Below, piece after piece: positions 48,892-57,250 of a stretch of 64,000 nt of DNA. This DNA is from an uncultured Clostridia bacterium (lineage in GTDB: Bacteria > Bacillota > Clostridia > Christensenellales > CAG-917): the NCBI GenBank assembly GCA_937885645.1, contig CALABJ010000017.1, forward strand, positions 107,641 through 171,640. The letters run 5' to 3'. The notes beneath the pieces were generated by a model, which saw nothing but the letters and a program-made list of their open reading frames with translations, was not told the origin of the DNA and did no database searches. The position numbers were made by a program, and so were the translations under genes. Within the stretch, counting starts at the first letter, position 1, and each line of letters starts with the position of its first letter.

Positions 48892-50118
48892 ATGGAAAAG
48901 GTCATTCTACACTGCGATTTGAACAATTTTTACGCTTCAGTGGAGCAAAAAAATCATCCCGAATACGTCGGGATGCCTCTTGCCGTGTCGGGAAATCCTG
49001 AAAACAGACACGGTATTGTCCTTGCAAAAAACTACCTTGCAAAAGAGGCAGGTGTTCAAACTGGTGAGGCCATTTGGATTTCACGGAAAAAGTGCCCTAA
49101 CATCATCTTTGTACCCCCTCATTTTGAGGAATACGTCCACTACTCCAACCTTGTCCGCTCAATCTATACGGAGTTTACAGACAGAGTGGAAAGTTTCGGC
49201 CTTGACGAGTGTTGGCTTGACGTCACCGGTTCACTGAAATTCTTCGGTATGACAGGCCCGCAACTTGCAGACCATATCCGTGAAGAGGTGAAGCGCAGGA
49301 CGGGGCTTACTATATCCGTGGGTGTGTCCTTCACAAAGGTACTTGCAAAGCTGGGCTCTGACCTTAAAAAACCCGACGCAACCAGTGTTCTAATGCGGTC
49401 AAATTATATGGATATCATCGGTGAGATGTCACCTAGCGAGATGATTATGATCGGCAGAAAAACCGCAGAAAAACTGAAAAAACTGAATATCCACACCATA
49501 AGACAACTGGCAAATGCTTCACGAAAAATGCTTCGCGACCACTTCGGCGTTGTGGGTGAGCATATGGTGGATTACGCCCAAGGCATTGAGCATGAAGAGG
49601 TGAAACACTACTACGACACTCACGTGCCGAAGAGCATATCAAACGGCACCACCACCCCTCGTGATATAACCACAATGGCTGACGCAAAAACAGTCATATA
49701 CGCCCTTGCGGAGTTGGTGGGCACTAGGCTGAGAAAATACGGTCTTGTGGCAAACGGAGTGTCTTTATCCATAAGATATGCGGAAACTTTGGACGGGGTT
49801 TCTCGCCATAAAACCCTTGAATTTCCGACATCTAACTCGGCGGATTTCGCAAAAGCGGCAGTTGAACTGCTGAAAGAAATGCACTCCTTCCCCACCCCTC
49901 TCCGTGCTATGACAGTGGGAGCAATCCGCCTTGACGACAAGTGCGTGAAACAACTCTGCCTCATTGACGACGGCGAAAGAGAGGAAAGACTTGAGGACAG
50001 CGTTGACAAAATCCGTGGCAAGTATGGATATAATGCAATAACCCGCGGTGTTGTCCTTGCCAACAACCTTACAGGCAATCTTCACGAAGAAGACGGCTTT
50101 GAGCCTTTCAAACGATAA
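48892..50118 (+). CDS. dinB: Y-family DNA polymerase IV
   Basis: MEKVILHCDLNNFYASVEQ...SLDECWLDV... The start is set at ATG 48892; the upstream track start lies in the promoter region. Confidence 0.92.
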   Translation: MEKVILHCDLNNFYASVEQKNHPEYVGMPLAVSGNPENRHGIVLAKNYLAKEAGVQTGEAIWISRKKCPNIIFVPPHFEEYVHYSNLVRSIYTEFTDRVESFGLDECWLDVTGSLKFFGMTGPQLADHIREEVKRRTGLTISVGVSFTKVLAKLGSDLKKPDATSVLMRSNYMDIIGEMSPSEMIMIGRKTAEKLKKLNIHTIRQLANASRKMLRDHFGVVGEHMVDYAQGIEHEEVKHYYDTHVPKSISNGTTTPRDITTMADAKTVIYALAELVGTRLRKYGLVANGVSLSIRYAETLDGVSRHKTLEFPTSNSADFAKAAVELLKEMHSFPTPLRAMTVGAIRLDDKCVKQLCLIDDGEREERLEDSVDKIRGKYGYNAITRGVVLANNLTGNLHEEDGFEPFKR

Positions 50119-50148
50119 CGGCAATCTAACCGCATAGATTATAAAAAT

Positions 50149-50176
50149 ACGCTTGAATTTCAAGCGTGTTTTTTTG
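50149..50176 (+). terminator. dinB terminator
   Basis: ACGCTTGAA-T-TTCAAGCGT followed by GTTTTTTT. Confidence 0.8.
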
Positions 50177-50193
50177 TTTTCACGCACATTTGT

Positions 50194-50222
50194 TTTACAA
50201 TTTGCGTATTTTTAGATATAAT
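50194..50222 (+). promoter_or_regulatory. Sigma-A promoter of the SIS-domain gene
   Basis: TTTACA, 17 nt, TATAAT. Confidence 0.7.
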
Positions 50223-50249
50223 CTAATCAATATCCATTTGAGGTTTATT

Positions 50250-51263
50250 ATGTCAATAATGATGCAGGAACTTTTTGAAGCACCTTTTGTGGTGGAAAAG
50301 GCACTTGAGTCCAACTTGTCCACTGCAAAACAAATTGCTGACGTATGCAAAACACGTGGCATAAAACGTGTTATCCTTGCAGGCCGTGGCAGTTCACTTC
50401 ATGCAGGCATTGCTTTCAAGTTTTTCCTTGAAAAGCAAACCCCTTACGTCTTGTCCTTTGAGTATCCGTCAATGGTCACTCTGTTTAAAGCGGAGCGTGA
50501 CTTGACGGATTCTTTGTATATTGTGGTTTCACAGTCCGGCGCAGGCCCTGACACCCTTGCCTTTGCACAAAGTGCAAAAAATCAAGGTGCTCTCACCGTT
50601 GCTTGCACCAACTATCCCGACTCTGCCCTTGCAAAGGTGTGCGACTTCACCCTTCATATCTCAGCAGGTGAGGAAAAGGCTGTGGCTGCAACAAAGACTC
50701 TCACCGGTGAAATCGTGGCACTTCAAGTCCTTGCAGACGCTCTTGCCGGCAAGACTACAACCTACCACCTTGACCACGTGAAAAAAGCCCTTGACGTCAC
50801 TCTCCCCCACTTCACTGACGAAACCCTCACCGCCACACAAATGGTCAGTTTGTCCCGTGGTGTCACTGAGGCAGTGGCAAAGGAAAGTGGCTTGAAATTG
50901 ACTGAAACTTGCTATCTCTTCACCTATGCTTCATCAACAAATGAATTCCAACACGGACCTAAAGCACTTATCCGTGAGGACTTGCCCGTCATCATCTTTG
51001 CACCTGACGGAATCAATCGTGACAACTACGTGAAGACTGCAACAGACCTAAGCGACAGAGGTGCGTATATTGTGGCTTTCACTGATATTGAGGGCGTCAA
51101 AGCGGTGGCAAAATCCGTCATCGATATGCCAACTCTTCCCGAAGATGAGCAGACAGTGTGCTATCTTGTTGCAATGCAAAAGTGGGTGGCAACCTACTGC
51201 GAAAAACGAGGCCTCAACCCCGACTCCCCTAGAAACCTTAATAAGGTGACAATCACCAAGTAA
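50250..51263 (+). CDS. SIS-domain sugar-phosphate isomerase/aminotransferase-like protein (GlmS C-domain, FrlB or AgaS-like)
   Basis: Two SIS repeats (ILAGRGSSLHA..., VVSQSGAGPDT). ATG at 50250 with GAGG upstream and a promoter at 50194-50222. Confidence 0.8.
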   Translation: MSIMMQELFEAPFVVEKALESNLSTAKQIADVCKTRGIKRVILAGRGSSLHAGIAFKFFLEKQTPYVLSFEYPSMVTLFKAERDLTDSLYIVVSQSGAGPDTLAFAQSAKNQGALTVACTNYPDSALAKVCDFTLHISAGEEKAVAATKTLTGEIVALQVLADALAGKTTTYHLDHVKKALDVTLPHFTDETLTATQMVSLSRGVTEAVAKESGLKLTETCYLFTYASSTNEFQHGPKALIREDLPVIIFAPDGINRDNYVKTATDLSDRGAYIVAFTDIEGVKAVAKSVIDMPTLPEDEQTVCYLVAMQKWVATYCEKRGLNPDSPRNLNKVTITK

Positions 51264-51322
51264 TCTTATAGACCACTCACAAGGGAAAAACGCTACAACT
51301 ATTTATTTACACAAGAAAAATT

Positions 51323-53122
51323 ATGGCAGGCACAATCGCAAATGCAGTTTTGGCTCTCGTGGCAGGCATAGGTATCTTCCTCATCGCCTGTAATATGATG
51401 AGTTCAAACCTTGAATCGGTCAGTTCAAAAAAACTCCGCGCCCTATTTGCTAAGACTTCAAACAGCAAGCTAGTGGGCGTTGGTATTGGTACGGTGGCCA
51501 CGGCGGCAATCCAGTCATCTGGTGCAACCTCCGTCATGGTCATCGGTTTTGTCAATGCAGGCATAATGTCCTTGACACAAGCCGCATCAATCATATTCGG
51601 CGCAAATATCGGCACAACAATAACCGGTCAAATCACCGCCCTTGGTATGTTTGAAAGCGCAGTGTCCACAGGCACTATCTTTGCAACCTTTGCAGGCATA
51701 GGCGCATTTATCAACGCCTTTGCAAAAAAGGACACCGTCAAGAAAGTGGGTGGCATTATGGCAGGCTTCGGCATGCTCTTTGTGGGCCTCTCAATGATGA
51801 GCGGTTCAATGGAATCCTTTGCAGAACTTGACGTAGTCAAGAACTTCCTTGCAAAGATAACAAATCCTATACTTCTCGTCCTCATCGGCGCGGTCATCAC
51901 CGCAATAATTCAAAGTTCCTCCGTCATGACCTCCGTGGCAATCACAATGGTCTTCACAGGGCTTATTTCACTTGATCAAGGCATCTACCTCACAATGGGC
52001 TCAAATATCGGCTCTTGCGTGGTGGCAATCATCGCAGGTATCACCAGCGGTACAAATGCAAAGCGCACCGCTCTCATCCACCTCACTTTCAACGTTTTCG
52101 GCGTCGTTGTGTTTATGCTTGTGGGCATGGCAATCCGCCTTGGCTCAAAGGGTGCCGTCACCTTTGGCACTCTCTTTGAAGATATGTTCCCCGGCGTGCC
52201 TCAAACACAACTGGCTATGTTCCACACCATATTCAATGTGGCAACCGTCATCATCGTGTTGCCTATCACAAAACTTTTCGTCAAGTTTGTCACAAAGGTC
52301 ATACCCGACAAGAAAAAGAAGGAAGAGGACAAGCATCACTTCAAATATCTTGACGAGCACTTCCTCTCCACCCCTCCTATTGCTGTGGCACAAGTGAGAA
52401 ACGAAGTCCTCTATATGGCTGAAAAGGCTATGGCAAACTTGAATATATCCCTTGACACCATCTGCTCTCTTGACTTGTCAAGAGCGGAACAATTCAAGGA
52501 AAATGAGGAATATATCAACTTCCTCAACAAGGGCATCACAAAATTCAACGTGAAACTTGCAAAACTGGACCTCAGCAACGAGGATAGCAAATATACCTCA
52601 ACAGTGTTTAAGACCGTCACAGACTTCGAGCGTGTTGGCGACTATGCGGAAAACATCATGGAATATGCAGAAAAATTGCAGGCTTCTGAGTCCGCTTTCT
52701 CTCCTGACGCTCAAGAGGAAATCAAGAAACTGCAAGGGGTTGTGGGTGAACTTTATCAAAAGATAATGCAAATCTACTCCACTCAGGACACAACCGCTTT
52801 CCGTGAAGCATACGTCCTTGAAGAAACCATCGACCGCCTCACTGAGCATATGTCAAATATGCACATTGAGCGCCTTGCCGAAGGCACTTGCACCGCTGAC
52901 GTGGGCGCACTCTATCTCGCCCTCACCTCAAACGTGGAACGTATCGCTGACCACTTCATCAACGTGGCAGACGGTCTCCTCCCCCTTGTCAAGTCCTCTG
53001 TGAGACACTCAATCAAGGAAGTCAAGCACGAAATCAAGGACGAATTCAAGTCCGCAGAAGAGTCCGCAAAAGTGTTTGAAGAACACCTCGACACCAACAA
53101 CGAAACAGATTTGAATGCATAA
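51323..53122 (+). CDS. Na/Pi cotransporter family protein with C-terminal PhoU-like repeats
   Basis: 599 aa with paired NptA repeats (QSSGATSVM... and QSSSVMTS...) followed by a helical PhoU-like domain. Confidence 0.88.
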   Translation: MAGTIANAVLALVAGIGIFLIACNMMSSNLESVSSKKLRALFAKTSNSKLVGVGIGTVATAAIQSSGATSVMVIGFVNAGIMSLTQAASIIFGANIGTTITGQITALGMFESAVSTGTIFATFAGIGAFINAFAKKDTVKKVGGIMAGFGMLFVGLSMMSGSMESFAELDVVKNFLAKITNPILLVLIGAVITAIIQSSSVMTSVAITMVFTGLISLDQGIYLTMGSNIGSCVVAIIAGITSGTNAKRTALIHLTFNVFGVVVFMLVGMAIRLGSKGAVTFGTLFEDMFPGVPQTQLAMFHTIFNVATVIIVLPITKLFVKFVTKVIPDKKKKEEDKHHFKYLDEHFLSTPPIAVAQVRNEVLYMAEKAMANLNISLDTICSLDLSRAEQFKENEEYINFLNKGITKFNVKLAKLDLSNEDSKYTSTVFKTVTDFERVGDYAENIMEYAEKLQASESAFSPDAQEEIKKLQGVVGELYQKIMQIYSTQDTTAFREAYVLEETIDRLTEHMSNMHIERLAEGTCTADVGALYLALTSNVERIADHFINVADGLLPLVKSSVRHSIKEVKHEIKDEFKSAEESAKVFEEHLDTNNETDLNA

Positions 53123-53132
53123 TAGGTGAAAT

Positions 53133-53735
53133 ATGAAACTGGCAATCGCATCCAACAACAAGCATAAATTGACCGAAATCAAAAGCATCCTCGGTGGTTG
53201 CTTTGACGAACTCCTCTCCATCAAGGATTTGGGGCTAGATATTGAAATCGACGAAACAGGCACTACCCTCCTTGAAAATGCTCTCATCAAGGCGCGCACT
53301 ATCCGTGATATGACAGGTATGGTTGCTCTTGCTGACGACACAGGTCTTATGGTTGACGCTCTGGGAGGTGAGCCCGGGGTGTACTCCGCTCGCTATGCAG
53401 GTGAGGAGCATGACGACCAAAAGAACAACCAAAAACTCCTCAAAAACCTTGCTGACGTCCCCGATGAAAAGCGTACCGCTCACTTTGCAACGGTCATTGC
53501 TGTGTGCTTCCCTGACGGCACAGAGTTGACCTCAGAAGGCAGAGTTGAAGGCAAAATCACCTATGCCCCTAGTGGCACAACTGGCTTTGGATATGACCCT
53601 CTCTTCTACTGCTTTGATATGGGCAAGGTTTTCGCAGAAGGCACTCTTGAAGAAAAAAATGCAGTGAGCCATAGAGGCAGAGCTCTCCGCAAAATGCTTG
53701 AAATATTAAAGGAAAACAACCACCTTCTTAAATGA
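53133..53735 (+). CDS. rdgB: Non-canonical purine NTP pyrophosphatase (RdgB/HAM1 family)
   Basis: MKLAIASNNKHKLTEIK...ETGTTLLENA...DDTGL...GFGYDPLF...SHRGRA. Confidence 0.93.
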   Translation: MKLAIASNNKHKLTEIKSILGGCFDELLSIKDLGLDIEIDETGTTLLENALIKARTIRDMTGMVALADDTGLMVDALGGEPGVYSARYAGEEHDDQKNNQKLLKNLADVPDEKRTAHFATVIAVCFPDGTELTSEGRVEGKITYAPSGTTGFGYDPLFYCFDMGKVFAEGTLEEKNAVSHRGRALRKMLEILKENNHLLK

Positions 53736-54196
53736 AAAAAATAGTTGTGTTTTCAGACATACATTACAATTGCGTTCCCGACAAAATAAAGTCCGTCGCA
53801 AATGAGGCGGACTATTTGTTTTTCCTCGGTGACGGCGGAAGTAGGCTTGGTGAACTTCTCTTTCACGATGGTCTTGTGGCGGTGAAAGGCAACTGCGATG
53901 ACACCCCCTTCCCTCGTGAAACCGTGATGGAAATTGAGGGCGTCAAATGCCTCGTCACCCACGGGGATTTATATTCAGTGAAAAGAGGTCTCCTCCCCTT
54001 GTCATATAGGGCAAAGGAACTTGGTTGCACCCTGGTGTGCTACGGGCACACCCATTACGCAGAAATCGTTGAAGAAGACGGCATCACCTTTTTGAACCCC
54101 GGCGCAATCCACTCACCTATGACAGGCACTCCGTCATATGCATACGTGGTCATACAAGGCGATAAAGTGACCGCCAAAATTGTGGACATATATTGA
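53732..54196 (+). CDS. YfcE/MJ0936-family metallophosphoesterase
   Basis: VVFSDIHYN, LGDG, GNCD, THGD and GHTH motifs. Overlaps rdgB by 4 nt, matching the ysnA-ysnB pairing in Bacillus. Confidence 0.88.
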   Translation: MKKIVVFSDIHYNCVPDKIKSVANEADYLFFLGDGGSRLGELLFHDGLVAVKGNCDDTPFPRETVMEIEGVKCLVTHGDLYSVKRGLLPLSYRAKELGCTLVCYGHTHYAEIVEEDGITFLNPGAIHSPMTGTPSYAYVVIQGDKVTAKIVDIY

Positions 54197-54216
54197 TATC
54201 TTGATATCTTGATATC
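54193..54216. repeat. 3 x 8-nt tandem repeat TTGATATC
   Basis: Read directly from the sequence. It begins in the stop codon of the yfcE-like gene. Confidence 0.9.
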
Positions 54217-54249
54217 AGCATAAATCACCAAACAACCACTTTAATACGC

Positions 54250-54286
54250 AAAAACCCACGGACAAACGTGGGTTTTTGTTGTTTTT
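54250..54286. terminator. Bidirectional terminator after the yfcE-like gene
   Basis: AAAACCCACG-GACAAA-CGTGGGTTTT followed by a T-run. Confidence 0.8.
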
Positions 54287-54332
54287 CAGTTTTTGTGCTT
54301 GTTGTGAGCAGTGCCTAAATAGGCAAATGATT

Positions 54333-54773
54333 TCACATTATTCCACTGCCTTCGACGGCGATTGCTATGGCAAAGCAGGTCCAGAGAGCGATGATGAAAA
54401 GGCCTTCGGCAGGGATTGCAAGTTTGGTGTAGGGGCATTTCCAACCCTTGTCCACAAAGGTGAAAATGAGGCGTGTCCAAAACACTGCGTTGGCAAAGAA
54501 GAGTCCGCCACAAAGCGAATAGAAGGGTCTTGCACAAGCAAAGGCAAGGAAGCCAAGGAACAAGCCTAGCGCCGCTGAAATCGCGCCGTAATAGACTCTT
54601 ATCTCGGTTTTGCCTGCGTTGTCAACAGGTTGCACTGAATAGTTTTTGCCGTATTTCAAAGGGTTTTTGATGAACACAAATGCCGTGCCGAAAAAATACA
54701 ACATAAGGCATATTGTGGCTATGGTTGCTGTGATGTTTGTTTCAATGGCGTGATGCAAAATTTCTGCTGTCAT
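54333..54773 (-). CDS. Hypothetical four-TM membrane protein
   Basis: 146 aa and uniformly hydrophobic. I do not recognise a family. Confidence 0.55.
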   Translation of the reverse strand: MTAEILHHAIETNITATIATICLMLYFFGTAFVFIKNPLKYGKNYSVQPVDNAGKTEIRVYYGAISAALGLFLGFLAFACARPFYSLCGGLFFANAVFWTRLIFTFVDKGWKCPYTKLAIPAEGLFIIALWTCFAIAIAVEGSGIM

Positions 54774-54840
54774 AGTTGTCCCCCATAAGTTGATGACTTA
54801 TTGTAGCATACAACCAAAGCAAAATCAATGCCCTATCCAT

Positions 54841-55050
54841 TTACTCAAAGAAGAACACGTCCTCAAACTTTACATCAAGAGCAATGCACAAAAGCAATGC
54901 CAGTTTTGCAGAAGGATTGAATTGGTTTTTCTCTATTGCAATAATTGTTTGACGTGTTGTGCCCACCGTCTTTGCCAACTCTTCTTGTGAAAAGCCTTTC
55001 TTTGCGCGCAAATCTTTAAGGTTATTTTTGAGTATAACGTCGTTCATCAA
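54841..55050 (-). CDS. XRE-family HTH transcriptional regulator (69 aa)
   Basis: LRAKKGFSQEELAKTVGTTRQTIIAIEKNQFNPS. Confidence 0.85.
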   Translation of the reverse strand: MMNDVILKNNLKDLRAKKGFSQEELAKTVGTTRQTIIAIEKNQFNPSAKLALLLCIALDVKFEDVFFFE

Positions 55051-55382
55051 ATCACCCCCACAACTGTAAGAGCAAAATTGACGATCATAACCACTGCCCC
55101 AAAAGTTTCAAGAATTGCGCCTATCAAGATGCCTACTTTTTTGCGTTTAGCAACGAAATATTGGCAGAAATAGAACACGCAAGCCCACGTCAAGCAAATT
55201 GCTGCGATGGCAAAGCAGACCTCTTTCATATTAAGTGCACCAAACACTATGATGAACACCACTGCCACAATGCCTGCCACAATTATGCTTATCCAGTTTG
55301 ACTTGTTGATGCCTTGATTTTCATACTCACCAACGTAAGCCTTTTTGCCACTTACCTTTTCAAGGATTTCTTTGTTGTCCAT
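55047..55382 (-). CDS. Small three-TM membrane protein co-transcribed with the XRE regulator
   Basis: 111 aa. Its stop overlaps the regulator's start in an ATGA overlap. Promoter at 55446-55474. Confidence 0.65.
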   Translation of the reverse strand: MDNKEILEKVSGKKAYVGEYENQGINKSNWISIIVAGIVAVVFIIVFGALNMKEVCFAIAAICLTWACVFYFCQYFVAKRKKVGILIGAILETFGAVVMIVNFALTVVGVI

Positions 55383-55421
55383 AATTCACCTCGTTTTAGT
55401 TTTTGTTAATTTTGCACCGCG

Positions 55422-55443
55422 ATGTCAAGTTTTGTTTACATTT
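55422..55443. repeat. Direct repeat copy 1 (ATGTCAAGTTTTGTTTACATTT)
   Basis: 22 nt, matching copy 2 at 21 of 22 positions. Confidence 0.8.
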
Positions 55444-55445
55444 AC

Positions 55446-55474
55446 AATATATGACGGCGCGCTGAAAATGTCAA
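55446..55474 (-). promoter_or_regulatory. Sigma-A promoter of the membrane-protein/XRE operon
   Basis: TTGACA, 17 nt, TATATT. The -35 box lies inside direct repeat copy 2. Confidence 0.65.
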
Positions 55475-55489
55475 GTTTTATTTACATTT
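55468..55489. repeat. Direct repeat copy 2 (ATGTCAAGTTTTATTTACATTT)
   Basis: Lies 46 nt from copy 1 and contains the -35 TTGACA on the minus strand. Confidence 0.8.
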
Positions 55490-55510
55490 TTTTTGGAGAT
55501 TTTTTGTTGT

Positions 55511-55540
55511 AAAAAAGAAAACCACTCAACGAGTGGTTTC
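55511..55540 (-). terminator. Terminator of the TIGR04076-like gene
   Basis: GAAACCACTC-GTTG-AGTGGTTTTC followed by TTTTTT. Confidence 0.75.
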
Positions 55541-55561
55541 CCTGAAAAAATAATTTTGAAT

Positions 55562-55873
55562 TTAGTCCTCTATTCTTTCAAGATAGAAGCTGACGGGGCG
55601 GAAGCCGTCGTTGCAGGATATCATTGCGCTATACGGGTTTTTCATCCAACCGTCATAGAAGTTGCCCTCGCCTTTTGCCAAGGCGGTGACAAACTCCACC
55701 ATACTGCCCCATGCGCTGTCGCAAAACCCCTCGGGCTTTTGTCCGTCAACAGACAGGAAAACGTCGCCCTCATTTAGGTCACAGGCGTGGGAAATAGGAT
55801 TTTCATATACCCCTTGCAGGTCGGTGTAGTTCGCTTTGCGGATTGCTGTAATCTTCACTTTGTACATAGGCAC
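55562..55873 (-). CDS. TIGR04076-like small Cys-containing protein
   Basis: 103 aa, ...HACDLNEGDVF...PEGFCDSAW...ISCNDGFRPVSF. Family assignment is from memory only. Confidence 0.55.
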   Translation of the reverse strand: MPMYKVKITAIRKANYTDLQGVYENPISHACDLNEGDVFLSVDGQKPEGFCDSAWGSMVEFVTALAKGEGNFYDGWMKNPYSAMISCNDGFRPVSFYLERIED

Positions 55874-55935
55874 CTCTACAACACTATTTTAGCACTTTTC
55901 AGCAAAAACACAATACCATTTTTATATACACCATA

Positions 55936-55964
55936 TTGACATATTGCGCAGGCGTGCGTATAAT
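55936..55964 (+). promoter_or_regulatory. Sigma-A promoter of the lipoprotein gene
   Basis: TTGACA, 17 nt, TATAAT (full consensus). Confidence 0.8.
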
Positions 55965-55994
55965 TGTAGTATCAATTCGTTTTGGAGGGATAAT

Positions 55995-56402
55995 ATGAAA
56001 AAGACTATATCCGTCATCAGCCTTGTGCTGGTGCTTGTCATCCTCACCGCTTGCCTCGTGGGTTGCGCTCCCGCAAATGAGAATAAGGCAAAAGCAAAAC
56101 TTGAAAAGAAAGGCTACACCGTTGAGATTATGTCCGGCGAAGAAATGAATGAAGTGCTCCTACAATATGCAGGTATGCCTTTGAATTTCGGCGCAAAAGG
56201 CATGTTGAGTGCAACAAAAGGCATGGATGAAATCGCCGCAATTTGGTTTGAAAGCAAAGAAAAAGCAGAAGATTTTGAAGGCATCATCAATTTGGCAATG
56301 GATGCAGTGGGAGGTCAAATGGGCGAAATCGACTTCATCTACGGCGTGAAAGGCAAAGTGCTCTATTTTGGCACTGAACAAGGCGTCAAAGACTTCTTCT
56401 AA
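55995..56402 (+). CDS. Lipoprotein, function unknown
   Basis: MKKTISVISLVLVLVILTACLVGC lipobox. GGAGG Shine-Dalgarno and a consensus promoter at 55936-55964. Confidence 0.75.
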   Translation: MKKTISVISLVLVLVILTACLVGCAPANENKAKAKLEKKGYTVEIMSGEEMNEVLLQYAGMPLNFGAKGMLSATKGMDEIAAIWFESKEKAEDFEGIINLAMDAVGGQMGEIDFIYGVKGKVLYFGTEQGVKDFF

Positions 56403-56430
56403 GCCATAAGCAACTTAATAAAAACAAACG

Positions 56431-56457
56431 AAAAGAGAGGCTCTGCCTCTCTTTTTT
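56431..56457. terminator. Bidirectional terminator between the lipoprotein and DUF4375 genes
   Basis: AAGAGAGGC-TCT-GCCTCTCTT flanked by an A-run and a T-run. Confidence 0.8.
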
Positions 56458-56463
56458 TGTTTC

Positions 56464-56925
56464 TTATTGCAAATTGGTTTCAGCAAAGGTTTGCAAAAAT
56501 TCTTCCAAATCTATCAAATCATAAAGTGCGTCGTCAAAGTCATCAAAAGGATAGGCGTTTGCCTTTGTTTCGTATTCAGACAAATCCTCAAAATCAAAAA
56601 ACGACAAATCGTTCAAGTCGATTTTGTTGTTCTTGACAAAATCATCAAACAGCAATTTGTGATCTCTTGCCCCAACTTTATCTAAATAATCACTAATTAG
56701 GGGAGCATAAATGCTGGTGGAGTTTACAAAAAATTGACAAAGTCCGCCATTTTGCACTTCCATATTGAACAAATACAAAACGAAAAATACTTTTTCATCA
56801 TCAGTAAGACGATTGATGTCATCATCTTTCTTAGCAGGATCATATGCTTTGTCAGCAATTTCGTCAAATTTTGTTTCGACCAATGACTTATTGCTGTCAT
56901 TAAACAAAAAATCAAAAAATCCCAT
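56464..56925 (-). CDS. DUF4375/DMP19-like acidic protein
   Basis: FVLYLFNMEVQNGGLCQFF core and a very acidic sequence. ATG at 56925 with GAGGTG upstream. AT-rich gene. Confidence 0.65.
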   Translation of the reverse strand: MGFFDFLFNDSNKSLVETKFDEIADKAYDPAKKDDDINRLTDDEKVFFVLYLFNMEVQNGGLCQFFVNSTSIYAPLISDYLDKVGARDHKLLFDDFVKNNKIDLNDLSFFDFEDLSEYETKANAYPFDDFDDALYDLIDLEEFLQTFAETNLQ

Positions 56926-57005
56926 AAACACCTCAAACTTGTTCCTATAAGCATATTGTAGCACAAGTAAATAACCAATGCAATAAGTAAAACGCTATCT
57001 ACGTG

Positions 57006-57022
57006 GGTGACCCACCGGAGAT
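57006..57022 (-). repeat. 17-nt direct copy of the tRNA-Lys 3' end (T-stem and acceptor 3' strands)
   Basis: GGTGACCCACCGGAGAT is identical to 57252-57268 inside tRNA-Lys. Confidence 0.9.
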
Positions 57023-57127
57023 ACGCGACTATTCTATAACTTATTATAGGCGTATTTTAATATCAAACAAATAACTCACACATATTGCACAGCACGCGGA
57101 GTCTGCTCTACGCAGACAACGAACTAC

Positions 57128-57154
57128 GTTCTCATCTCCAGTGGGTCACCAAGC
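57128..57154 (+). pseudogene. Inverted partial copy of tRNA-Lys (3' 27 nt including CCA and trailer AAGC; 3 mismatches)
   Basis: GTTCtcATCTCCaGTGGGTCACCAAGC compared with the tRNA sense sequence GTTCGAATCTCCGGTGGGTCACCAAGC. No D or anticodon arm lies upstream. Confidence 0.7.
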
Positions 57155-57187
57155 CACACAACATAGTTGTGTGCTTTTTGTTTTTTG
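57155..57187 (+). terminator. Orphan plus-strand intrinsic terminator
   Basis: CACACAAC-ATA-GTTGTGTG followed by CTTTTTGTTTTTT. No plus-strand CDS lies upstream. Confidence 0.65.
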
Positions 57188-57202
57188 ATGGCTAAACCAG
57201 CA

Positions 57203-57247
57203 AAATACAAAAAGAAAATCCCAACGAACAATGTTCTGTTGGGATTT
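57203..57247 (-). terminator. Terminator of the tRNA operon
   Basis: AAATCCCAAC...GTTGGGATTT stem followed by TTCTTTTTG on the minus strand. Confidence 0.75.
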
Positions 57248-57250
57248 GCT

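Noticed and set aside
54193-54216. Possible CRISPR or minisatellite
   Set aside because: There are only three contiguous 8-mers with no spacers. I saw no CRISPR-like repeat-spacer architecture and no cas genes anywhere in the window.
57009-57151. Possible intact tRNA or tmRNA-like gene on the plus strand (GACCCAC...GTGGGTC-A-CCA)
   Set aside because: The 7-bp acceptor-like and 5-bp T-like pairings come entirely from the inverted duplication of the tRNA-Lys 3' end. The 111-nt interior has no D arm, anticodon arm or T-loop (no GTTCGAAT) and no tag-peptide reading frame. I report it as a repeat/pseudogene and as a candidate structured element only.
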